From: Tubiluchus corallicola
Lineage: Eukaryota > Animalia > Priapulida
DNA: 64,000 nt
Direction: 5' to 3'
NCBI GenBank assembly: GCA_030141605.1
Contig: JAQGDQ010002374.1
Span: 460,179 to 524,178, forward strand
Each line of letters begins with the position of its first letter. The stretch's first letter is position 1. A program made the position numbers and the translations under genes. The notes below the pieces were generated by a model, which was not told where the DNA came from, did no database searches, and worked only from the letters and a program-made list of their open reading frames with translations. Positions 1-64,000 of the stretch are shown piece after piece.

Positions 1-255
1 CTGTTTGAGATACGCAAGAATTCAAGTTACTCGTAGTTTACTGTATAAAGTTGTAAACCGTGGCATATATTTAAAAATCACTGTGTCAAGTCACAAGTAC
101 ACACACAGAAAATATTAAAACACATAATTAGCTAAAGTTTTAAATTGGCAGCAGCTTTTAAAATTCTGTGATTCGAATAACTTATCAGTTTTACTAACTT
201 GCCATACTTGTGTGCATTTTACATGTACATATAGTACATACGTACAAATTCCTAC

Positions 256-54538
<54,283 letters not shown>

Positions 54539-55094
54539 CTGTAAAAAAAATCCATTTTTACTTTTGTTTTATCAAACTAGAGTCAGAATTACCTGCCAAC
54601 ATTCAAACCATCAGTTGAAATGAACCCAAATCATTTTTATACGAATTTTAATCCTCAGCAATCAGTAGAGATGCAATGTCAGATAGGAACTTGCTCAATC
54701 TCAGATATGCTACATGCCACAACCTGAGTCCCAGTCAATTTAAAGACAATATAAAAAATACATTGACATCCAGCTTATGTGTTTTATTTTATAATATTTG
54801 CTATTTAAAAATGTTCAAGAAAATGTTCGTTGTGTAATTATGTTGTCAAATGAAGGTCCAATTAATCAGATAGCTTTAGTTTTTACTGACTTCATATGAA
54901 AGAGTACAAAAATTATAGGTATTCAAAAACACCAGTGGTGTTTTCTGATATTAGTCAACAATTAAAGCAACCACAGTATTTTCTCAGCTCAAAATGCAAT
55001 CGTATTAGGGTCTATAATAACTTTCTTATAAAGTAGTATCGTCTTTTTAAAATGAAACGATTATAATTTTTGTAAAAAATCTAGAAAATGAGGT

Positions 55095-58000
55095 GTTTTC
55101 GCATTACACTTAAGATGTGCAAAGCGGGTAACTTACACTATAAATTCTTGCAATTAATAATTCATGATCTCATTAAGTACAATATTGCTGTATTCATGTA
55201 CAAAACTGTTGTGTTTCTTTCTCTCGGAAGGCTCGAAGAGAAAACAAGAAAACACGTTGTCAAATTGAACATGTTTATTGTGTGAGAATTCCACAACACA
55301 AAAGTATGAAGGAACGTGAAATATACACAGTCAAGTGATAAGAAAATAGCATACGATAATCTGAGAATCTGACATTAATCTGAGAATACGAGAATAAAGT
55401 TGAGCGGCCAGCTCCGCCTTGTATATCAGTGCACATGGACTAAACCAGAACAATCTAGAAACTACTACACGCATCGCGTATAGAAAGTTCTCGAATCTTC
55501 TACAAGGTAAGAAGATTGTTCTACTATACAGCAGAGTCTCCACAACGCCTCCCCACCGAAACTAATGCTACCTCTAAAGCATCAGCAACAAAGTCTCTCT
55601 CTCGGCTTGGGTGTTCTCTTAGATCGTCTAGGGTTGTCCGGTCCATACTCTGGCACAGGCAGAGCCGGTCTGCTTCAGAGTTTCTGACAGTTCTTCCAGG
55701 ATCTCCATTGGATGATCAGGTGGAAGCTCAAAAGAAAAATCCCTCTCATCATCAGATTCAAAGTCCTCCACAGAAGCGTAGCTGTTTCCAGCGTCATCTC
55801 CATACTGAACTATGAGGAAGGACCTTGACGTTGAAGCAGTGAGTACCCAGAGACTTCTTGATGACCGCTGGTACCATTGGGGATGTCTGTCTCAACGAGG
55901 TCTATAGTACAGTGCATAGACAGGCTCCCCAGACTTGTACTGCTTGGTGACCTTGGCGACACCTCCCGAGTCTGGAGTTGACCGAGATGACTGCCTGGAT
56001 TGCTTACCCTGAGGTTGTGCGCTGGCGAGGGTAGCAGAGAGTCGATCGTTTTCTGTATCTGCTCAAACATCAAGAGTTCACTCGGAGAGAATCCACAGGA
56101 TGTCGGTGTTCTCTGGTACTGCATCAGGAACTCTTGAAGAGCTCGCTTTGGGGGCAGAGAAGACTTCCTGAGTGCTTGCTTGAACGTCTACACCAAGCAT
56201 TTTGCTGCTCCCTTGGTAGCTGGATGGTATGATGCTCCTGTGAGATGTGTGATCCCACATTCTTTGCATGGAACTCTTCAGACATGAAGGTTGATGCATT
56301 GTCTGTAACCAACGTGTGAGGGAATCTGAAGTGAACAAAGTCCTCTTCCAGCAGATCTAGAGTGGCTCTAGTGGACATGGAAGACTTATGGTGAATGCAT
56401 GCATACTTTGAGTAAGCATCAGTGATCACCAGCCAGTTCATACCTATGAAGTTAATGGCATGGTCCAGGTGTAAGCGGCTCCATGGCTTCTCTGGTAGCA
56501 TCCGTGGGTGATCTGCAGGCTTGGATGGCTTGTTTTGATGTTCTCGATAGCTGCATCGATACCAGGCCAGTAGACAGCAGTTCTTGCTAACTGCTTCATG
56601 CGTTCCATGCCGAAGTGCCCGATATGCAGTAGATCCAGGATCTTGGATTGCACGCTCTGTGGAATCACAACTCTTGATCCATGAATGAGGCATCCGTGGC
56701 AGATACTGAGTGAGTATCCAGAACTTTTCGACTTCTTCGTTGATCTCAGCGTGCTTGGGCGGCCACCATTCTCGGACATCGCGCTTGACTGTAGATAGCA
56801 CTGGGTCTTTCTCTGACTCTTGCCAGAGGATTTTGGCGTCCACAGGCTTGACTTGAAGACTGAGAACTTTGATGGCACACACCATGTCCTTGTCTGCACC
56901 ATTTTTCTTCCTGTCGAAGTCGTTGTCGTCTCCAGATGGCAAGCGACTAAGGGCATCTGCATTGCCGTGATCTGCTGTTTTCCGGTATTCAATGGTGTAC
57001 TCAAACTGGTTCAGCCACAGGGCTCACCGAGCTAGATGATTAGCTGCAAGACGTGGCGTCCCTTTCTTCGGTCCAAAGAGTGATGTCAGTGGCTTATGAT
57101 TAGTCACCAGTATGAAATGATGCCCGTAGAGGTACTGGTAGAATTTCCGCAAGCCAAAGGTGATGGCTAGGGCTTCTTTGTGGATTTGGCTGTAGTTCCT
57201 TTCTGTTGCTGTGAGAGTCTTGGACAGATTGGCAATTGTGCGCTCGCTACCGTCTGGATAGCGATGAAACAGGACAGCTCCAATTCCAATGTTGGATGCA
57301 TCACAAGCCAATCCCACAGGCTTGTCAGGGTCAAAATGCACCAGGACTTGATCTCGGGATAGCACATTCTTCAACAATTCAAATGCTGCTTGCTCCTCAT
57401 CTCCCCTCTTCCAGGGAACTGACTTCTTGGTCAAGCGGCAAAGAGGCTCTGCCATATCTTCATAGCGTCCATATCTTCTTTGTGTTGCTGTGCCTGCTGA
57501 TACATCTGTTCCCTCTGGATATGAATCTGCTGCGCCTGCTGATTCATCTGTCCTTCATAAAGTCGACAATCTGCTCCGCCATCATTGCTAAGATAAACAA
57601 CTGTCCACTGAGTCACCAAGGATCCTGACGACTGCGCCAAAATTTGTTGTGTTTCTTTCTCTCGAAAGGCTCGTAGATAAAACAAGAAAACACGTTGTCA
57701 AATTGAACAGGTTAAGTGTGTGAGAATTTCACAACACAAAAGGAACGCGAAATATACACAGTCAAGTGATAAAAAAATAGTATACGATAATCTGAGAATC
57801 TGAAATTAATCTGAGAATACGAGAATAAACTTTCGCGGCCAGCTCCGCCTTGTATATCAGTGCACATGGACTAAACCAGAACAATCTAGGAACTACTACG
57901 CGCATCGCGAATAGAAAGTTCTCGAATCTTCTACAAGGTAAAAAGATTGGTCTACTATACTATAGAATCTCCACAACAAAAATCCAGTTTAATTTGTTTC

Positions 58001-58787
58001 CGCAATTTTTCATAAATCTCATAAACAAAAATATCATACACCATAACACTAGGTATAACGAATATTATATTAAATATTGCAGAACTAACGTTGCTAAACA
58101 TTTTGTGTCTTTTGTAGGTCCAAATGGAACCAGTGGTCATAAGTCACATGAAAGTCATTTATTTCACCTTACACATTTACAATGGTTACATATACAATAT
58201 CTAGTGAAAGGGCCTACAATGGATATAATACAAATAAGAAATACTGCACAGAAAAAGCCTCAAACACTGTTCACTTATACACGAAGGTAAATGTGTTGCG
58301 GGCAATCAAAAAGCAGGGCTTGTTAGATTGTCCCACACAGTGATAGAGAAAAGGTAATCTGAAAATTTAAAGTGAATCGTGATAAAAAACATTAGTGCTT
58401 AAAATGGAATGATGTAATGAATGAAACTCATATATGGAAGTTTGGAATTCTATTTCTTGTAATATTAAAACAGTATCACGGCTACCTAGATTTAAGAAGA
58501 TGATGAAAACGTATCTCTTAAATACATATTAGGTGGACTTGACCTTGACCATTCTACCTATATTGTATACATGTACTATGTTTGACGCCACTCAGTCTAT
58601 CCCTGTTTTAGCTTAGCTGCAAGCAGTTGCATATTAATTGTTCAGATATGAATTGCTCCCTTGATAAGAAATTGTTAGTAATTTTAGCCATTTTGTTTAC
58701 TATTGTGTAGTTGTACTTACGATGTTATATGTCCATAATTGTAATAGTGTTTTCCTCTAATAAACAAACTAATAATGAAATGAAATG
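55095..58787 (+). mobile_element. Old CR1/L2-group LINE 3' relic split by two later insertions
   Basis: DLIKYNIAVFMYK [Gypsy] IQFNLFPQFF..HHNTR..CRTNVAKHFVSFVGP [insert ~58123..58436] EVWNSISCNIKTVSRLPRFKKMMKTYLLNTY*; then AATAAA and an (AAATG)n tail. Confidence 0.7.
55207..57978 (-). mobile_element. Ty3/Gypsy (Mag-like) LTR retrotransposon, internally deleted and frameshifted
   Basis: LTRs 55207..55547 and 57645..57978 (TGTTGTG...CACAACA); flanks AAAAC/AAAAT; PBS TGGCGCAGTCG (tRNA-Ser-like); polypurine tract GGTGGGGAGG; RNase H (LACDAS, ERNYSQIHKEALA) and integrase (H.GHFG..RMK..AR..VYWP, PWSRLHLD, LVTDN) fragments. Confidence 0.93.
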
Positions 58788-59124
58788 TAACTAACGTCAG
58801 TGATTAAGCTTTCAGCTATTCAACTGTTGAAACGTAGGCCAGATGCTAGTAGATAATAGTTGCTATTTGATTTAGGACCTATTTTTATTGAAATTAATTT
58901 ACCATTCGCATGTAGGGACAGGAAATTAAATGACCCTTTGGCATTCTCGTGTCCATGACTATTACTTAAAATATATACTAAGAATATGTTATACAAAGAG
59001 ACTAGTTTCGACACTATCTCTTCGATTAGTCAGAGTTCAAAACACGTTTATAATTTAATACAAGAAAAACAATGAAATTGATGCTTGAAAGTCTGTTCAG
59101 TGTATTGATGTCCCGCCATCATGT

Positions 59125-59268
<144 letters not shown>

Positions 59269-59584
59269 GCGCAGGTTATTGCGCAAGTTGGATGTCTCAG
59301 TAAAGTGCTCGCATTTTCTAACTTTTTATGTGCAAATTTTGAAGTTTTCTCATAATGACTTATACCATCGTGTGTATAAAGAGACAAGGAATGTGATTAT
59401 AATAATATTTTTGGAGATTGATTAATACTAGTGTGAATATTAGCGGAAAACCATATTTGTGAAAATATTGTTAACATACGTTGGGCCAAGAACTTGTATG
59501 ACAGGTTGGCCTTGGAAATTTAAAGCATTATTGACTGGTAATCACCTACGTATTGTCATGACAATTGGGTGATTAAGCAGCACT

Positions 59585-59842
59585 ATGGCTCCATCCACGT
59601 GTCAGTTATGCAGGAGGAAATACCCGGATGCTATACCACATACAGAGTTTGGGCAGCTTACTATCTGTACAAAGTGCTGTACGTCCAGGAAAGTAGCTCT
59701 AGACGATAGTGACTCTATACATGAATTATCATCATTCCAGGGAGGATCGGTCAATTGGCACGCAACTCCTAACATCAGATCCTGTCAAGAAGCTGGTGCT
59801 CATACACAGCGAATTAAATTATTTTGCCCAAAATCAGCTTGA
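59585..59842 (+). CDS. LINE N-terminal short ORF with CxxC..CxxC, probably the frameshifted start of ORF1
   Basis: MAPSTCQLC...ICTKCC; overlaps the next ORF in another frame. Confidence 0.45.
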   Translation: MAPSTCQLCRRKYPDAIPHTEFGQLTICTKCCTSRKVALDDSDSIHELSSFQGGSVNWHATPNIRSCQEAGAHTQRIKLFCPKSA

Positions 59843-61805
59843 AGCTGGTGCGACTTATTTAGATCTTGCAACTATCATCCATGACCATTACACTGATGAA
59901 GAATGTGAAGATGCAAAAGCATTACTCTTAGACTTTATTCCTGCAGAAGCCACCGAAAAGCCTGACTTCACTAAAAACAGGATCGGTCCCTCGAAGAGAA
60001 GGGCAAATGCAATGGACATTCTTAAGCTTTTACAATATGGGTCAATTATGGACGCAGTACCGTCACCTAGGTTTGTGTCAGCATACTCCCATAAAATGCC
60101 ACCAATGACACTGAAATCAGTTGATACATCTGTCATTGTTAAGAAATTGCAAACAGTTCAACAGGAACTCCAAGAACTGAAAGAAAACTCTGTTTCTAGG
60201 GCTGAGATTGATGCTCTGCTAAAAGTACATCTGTCCAAAGCTGTGCCTCCCGTGTCTTCAAAAACAGACTCATCACAAAAGAAAAGTTACTCTGAAACAA
60301 CCAGAAGCTGCCTAGTGAACACGGAACTTACAAACGTGAGCAAGCAGCAAACGAGCGACAAGATTGTTGATGACGACAATGACGGATTCACGATTGTGAA
60401 AAAACGGCGGCGCCCACGTAATGTGAATAATAGAGAATCCAAGAAAGTCATCACAGGATCTGCTACTGGCCTTGGAGTATTCCTAAGACCGAGCAAACCA
60501 CTACGACGAATATTCATTACCCGTCTAGATCCTAGTACCGACGCAACGGAGGTTCAGCGTTTTGTAGATGAATCGTGCAACATTACAGTTAATGTGGAAC
60601 AACTTAAGACAAAATTTAATACATACTCCTCATTTGTTATAAGCTGTCATGGTACGGACGAGTATGATAAAATTATGAACGCAGAGTTATGGCCAGTTGG
60701 CACGCTGATGAAGCCATTCTATACTTCTAGAGCTGCAAAACTGACTGTGAATCAGCCTTTAACGCAGAAAGCAAAGGTATTATCAAACGACGGCTATAGA
60801 CCAGTAGGTAATAGAGAAGCAGGGAATGATACACTTGATCAGCAAACGGAATGTGGCGGCGCCACCAGCAGCACCACTAATCATACTAATAATAATGAAC
60901 TGCAACCAAACACAAACACAGACTTGAAGGTAGCGAGCTATTACTGCAATTCAGTGTTGCACCCTGAGTCTCAATACGTACTACAGGAACTGCGCAAATC
61001 TATTGATGTGCTACTTTTGCAAGAAACGATGTTGCCTAAACAAGAGCTAGAACACCTATCTTGCATTCACCCAGAATTCTATGGACATGGAGTTTCACCA
61101 ACCGATTTCTCTACAGGAATACCAGATGGTAGACCACAAGGAGGCTTGGCTATCTTATGGCGAAAAACTCTTCCTGTTACCAGTAAAATACTTACCTATG
61201 ATGACGAATGCAGAGTAATGGGTATTTCTCTTTCATTTCCTGATAAGTTAATGCCACTTGTATTAATTAATGTTTACTTTCCCTATGAAGCTGATAATAA
61301 TTTTGATGAGTTTAATCATTGTCTAGGCACTCTCACCTCTATTATTGAAACTACAGAGTCTAGCTATGTTTGTTGTGTCGGGGACTTCAATTCCCATCCT
61401 CAAAAAAGGTTTTACGCGGAGCTAAGTGAAACGTGTAATGCTAATGACTATATTATATCTGATGTAGCGAAAATGCCAAGTTCTTCATTTACGTTCGTTA
61501 GTGTAGCCCACAACTCAACTACATGGCTTGAATATGTAATTAGTACTATGGCTATGGACTCTTTAATTGGAGATATCTGTGTAAATTATGAGCTAACAAG
61601 TTCAGATCACATGCCCTTACTACTAAACGTGCATATAGATCGAATGGCTTTATCACCTAATGGTGCGGCTACAGTCACTGTAAATGACGTTTTGAATGGC
61701 CAAGTGTCGTGTGATTCGGACACACCTTGTAAACCAATAGTGCCTTTTTTATGGTTGACTAGGAGAAAGCTGAAAGTAATCATCTCCTCGAATACCAAAC
61801 AATGA
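59709..61805 (+). CDS. LINE ORF1-like protein fused in frame to an APE endonuclease
   Basis: ELNYF..Y.DEECEDAK, coiled coil, RRM-like IFITRL..YSSF..WPVG; then LLQET, GGLAILW, INVYFP, GDFN, SDHMPL. Confidence 0.8.
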   Translation: MTLYMNYHHSREDRSIGTQLLTSDPVKKLVLIHSELNYFAQNQLEAGATYLDLATIIHDHYTDEECEDAKALLLDFIPAEATEKPDFTKNRIGPSKRRANAMDILKLLQYGSIMDAVPSPRFVSAYSHKMPPMTLKSVDTSVIVKKLQTVQQELQELKENSVSRAEIDALLKVHLSKAVPPVSSKTDSSQKKSYSETTRSCLVNTELTNVSKQQTSDKIVDDDNDGFTIVKKRRRPRNVNNRESKKVITGSATGLGVFLRPSKPLRRIFITRLDPSTDATEVQRFVDESCNITVNVEQLKTKFNTYSSFVISCHGTDEYDKIMNAELWPVGTLMKPFYTSRAAKLTVNQPLTQKAKVLSNDGYRPVGNREAGNDTLDQQTECGGATSSTTNHTNNNELQPNTNTDLKVASYYCNSVLHPESQYVLQELRKSIDVLLLQETMLPKQELEHLSCIHPEFYGHGVSPTDFSTGIPDGRPQGGLAILWRKTLPVTSKILTYDDECRVMGISLSFPDKLMPLVLINVYFPYEADNNFDEFNHCLGTLTSIIETTESSYVCCVGDFNSHPQKRFYAELSETCNANDYIISDVAKMPSSSFTFVSVAHNSTTWLEYVISTMAMDSLIGDICVNYELTSSDHMPLLLNVHIDRMALSPNGAATVTVNDVLNGQVSCDSDTPCKPIVPFLWLTRRKLKVIISSNTKQ

Positions 61806-63817
61806 CACAGTCTTTGCTATCTGGAATCGTTGTCCCGTACGACGCAATTTATTGTGGTGACATTCACTGTCAGAACCCCAATCATAGACAACAACTTGCT
61901 TTGATGCATGACGCAATTATATCTGCGCTAAATTCTGCGGCTGAGAATACGCTGCCTAGTTATAAGCCGTCACAAAATCATGAACGTATAAAGGATAAAA
62001 TAATACCTGGCTGGAACGAATTCGTTTCTGAAAAACACAGACACTTTCGTCACTGTTTTTTAAATTGGTGTGCGAATGGCAAGCCTCGGAATGGGCTCAT
62101 TGCTGATGAAATGCGCCAGGCACGTTCACGTTTTAAGCTTGCATTACGTGAATGCAAGATCCAAGAGAAAACAATTGTCGCAGATAAAATTGCTCATAAG
62201 TTTATGAACTGTAATTCTTATGAATTTTGGGCCATGATAAAAAGGGAAACTAACTCAAGAATTCCTTTACCCCCTAAAATAGACGAAATTTCAGGCGATA
62301 AGGCTATATGTGATATGTGGGGGAAGCACTATAAAAAGATTTTAAATTCTGCAAATAACGGTGACGTTGCAGCAAAATTAGACTTGAAGTTAAGTAGTAA
62401 TATGGGTATTGTGAGTTCTTTCACTGTGAGAGAAGTGCAAGAGGCCATTTCAAAACTATCTCTGCACAAATCGGCTGGAAATGATGCAATTAAATCGGAG
62501 CATTTTAGGTTTGCTTCACATATGCTGCCAATAGAATTATCACTTTTATTAAGCGCTTGTGTCATACATTGTTTTTTGCCTGATTCTCTAATGCTGTCTG
62601 TCATTGTACCGATTGTGAAAGACAAAAATAAGGAAATCACAGCCAAAAATAATTATAGGCCAATAGCACTATCCACAGTGTTGAACAAATTATTAGAAAT
62701 TTTGTTTTTAAGCAGATACGGTAACTCAATTCAATCAACACCAAATCAGTTTGGTTACGTGAATGAACTGGGTACCGAAATGTGTTTGTATACCATGAAA
62801 GAAGTTATTGACTATTACATTCAACGCCAGAGTCCAGTACACATATTGTTCTTAGATGCATCTAAAGCTTTTGACCGGGTAAATTACTACAAAATGTTTC
62901 TAAAACTGGTCGATACTGATATGCCTAACATTATTATAAGATTATTAGCCTTTTACTACTCTCGACAAACCATGTTTGTGAGGTGGGGAAATTTTTGCTC
63001 TTGCACATTTAAAGTCGCAAATGGTGTTCGGCAGGGTGCAAAAATGTCACCCATACTATTTAATTTATATTTCAGAGACTTGAGTTCTGACCTCAGATCT
63101 ACCGGTCTAGGTTGTCAGATAGGTGGTACTTATATAAATCACCTTATGTTTGCTGATGATGGATGTTTACTAGCATCCACTACCACTGCTTTACAAACTT
63201 TAGTTGATATGTATGTTGATTACGCAAATAGTCATGACATAGTAATAAACGTCGACAAGGCTAAACTCATAACAATTACACCCCCCAGTATGTGTGGGTT
63301 CAATTTCAGTTCACCTGAGGTAGCCGGTAAAATAATTATACCGTGTGAAACAGAAAAGTATCTTGGCCATATCATCACCAGTGATAACAAAGATGACATG
63401 GATGTTATCAGACAACGAAGTCTGTTTTGCACTAGAGCGAACCGTATTCTTAGAAAATTTCATCATTGTTCACCTAATGTCAAAACTCGTCTGTTCAACT
63501 CTTATTGTAATTCTTTCTACGGTATGGCCACCTGGCGACATTTTTATAACTACAGTCTCAGCAAACTTAAAGTAGCTCACAATATTTCAAAACGCAAACT
63601 TTTCAACTACCCATATGATTATAGTTCTAGGACCATTTCAGTAGACCACGATGTTTTATACTTTGATGTAGTACATAGGAAAACTGCATACAGTCTATAC
63701 ATTAGAGTAATGCAAAGCTCAAATCTTCTCATAAACGCATTGAATAACAGTGAAGCATTTTACACTTCAGACATAAGAGACCAGTGGAGGAAAGTGTTAG
63801 GTAGAAATTATGAGTGA
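61802..63817 (+). CDS. LINE reverse transcriptase
   Basis: NYRPIAL, QFGY, FLDASKAFDRV, GVRQGAKMSPILF, MFADD, KYLG. Confidence 0.92.
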   Translation: MTQSLLSGIVVPYDAIYCGDIHCQNPNHRQQLALMHDAIISALNSAAENTLPSYKPSQNHERIKDKIIPGWNEFVSEKHRHFRHCFLNWCANGKPRNGLIADEMRQARSRFKLALRECKIQEKTIVADKIAHKFMNCNSYEFWAMIKRETNSRIPLPPKIDEISGDKAICDMWGKHYKKILNSANNGDVAAKLDLKLSSNMGIVSSFTVREVQEAISKLSLHKSAGNDAIKSEHFRFASHMLPIELSLLLSACVIHCFLPDSLMLSVIVPIVKDKNKEITAKNNYRPIALSTVLNKLLEILFLSRYGNSIQSTPNQFGYVNELGTEMCLYTMKEVIDYYIQRQSPVHILFLDASKAFDRVNYYKMFLKLVDTDMPNIIIRLLAFYYSRQTMFVRWGNFCSCTFKVANGVRQGAKMSPILFNLYFRDLSSDLRSTGLGCQIGGTYINHLMFADDGCLLASTTTALQTLVDMYVDYANSHDIVINVDKAKLITITPPSMCGFNFSSPEVAGKIIIPCETEKYLGHIITSDNKDDMDVIRQRSLFCTRANRILRKFHHCSPNVKTRLFNSYCNSFYGMATWRHFYNYSLSKLKVAHNISKRKLFNYPYDYSSRTISVDHDVLYFDVVHRKTAYSLYIRVMQSSNLLINALNNSEAFYTSDIRDQWRKVLGRNYE

Positions 63818-64000
63818 CGACTCAGGCTGGACGCATGATATTGTATATATATATATAGATTGTACTGTTACTTTATTTATTTATGTATTAATTTGCAGGT
63901 GTTGAGAGGAGGTGTTATAATTATTGTATGTCTTGTAATTATTGTATGTTATGTATTCTATGAACTTGGTTCGAAATAAAGAGTTAAATCAAATCAAATC

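Noticed and set aside
61802-61805. ATGA stop-start overlap as programmed reinitiation
   Set aside because: The RT frame continues upstream with a plausible linker broken by TAG near a T tract, so decay is the simpler explanation; a family consensus would settle it.

Overview
AT-rich, intron-dense metazoan (invertebrate-like) genomic DNA; no prokaryotic features. One minus-strand gene spans at least 256..54538 and runs off both ends of the window. It encodes a sucrase-isomaltase/maltase-glucoamylase-type protein with two tandem GH31 alpha-glucosidase units joined by a trefoil domain. I traced 39 in-frame GT-AG exon positions by hand (5109 nt, 1703 codons using the 53864 exon), and both units keep WIDMNE and WTGDN. 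The strongest finding is a tandem duplicated exon pair (53864..54038 and 51958..52126) that can only be used mutually exclusively and differs mainly at the loop carrying the +1-subsite Asp. Two intronless class A GPCR genes are nested antisense in one intron, and unit 1 lacks four adjacent introns that unit 2 has. The introns also carry an Academ-like transposon, a deleted Gypsy LTR element nested in a LINE relic, a near full-length LINE with ORF1 fused to its endonuclease, several MITEs and SINEs, and minisatellites, one with a 288-bp higher-order repeat. All coordinates were read by eye and no searches were run.
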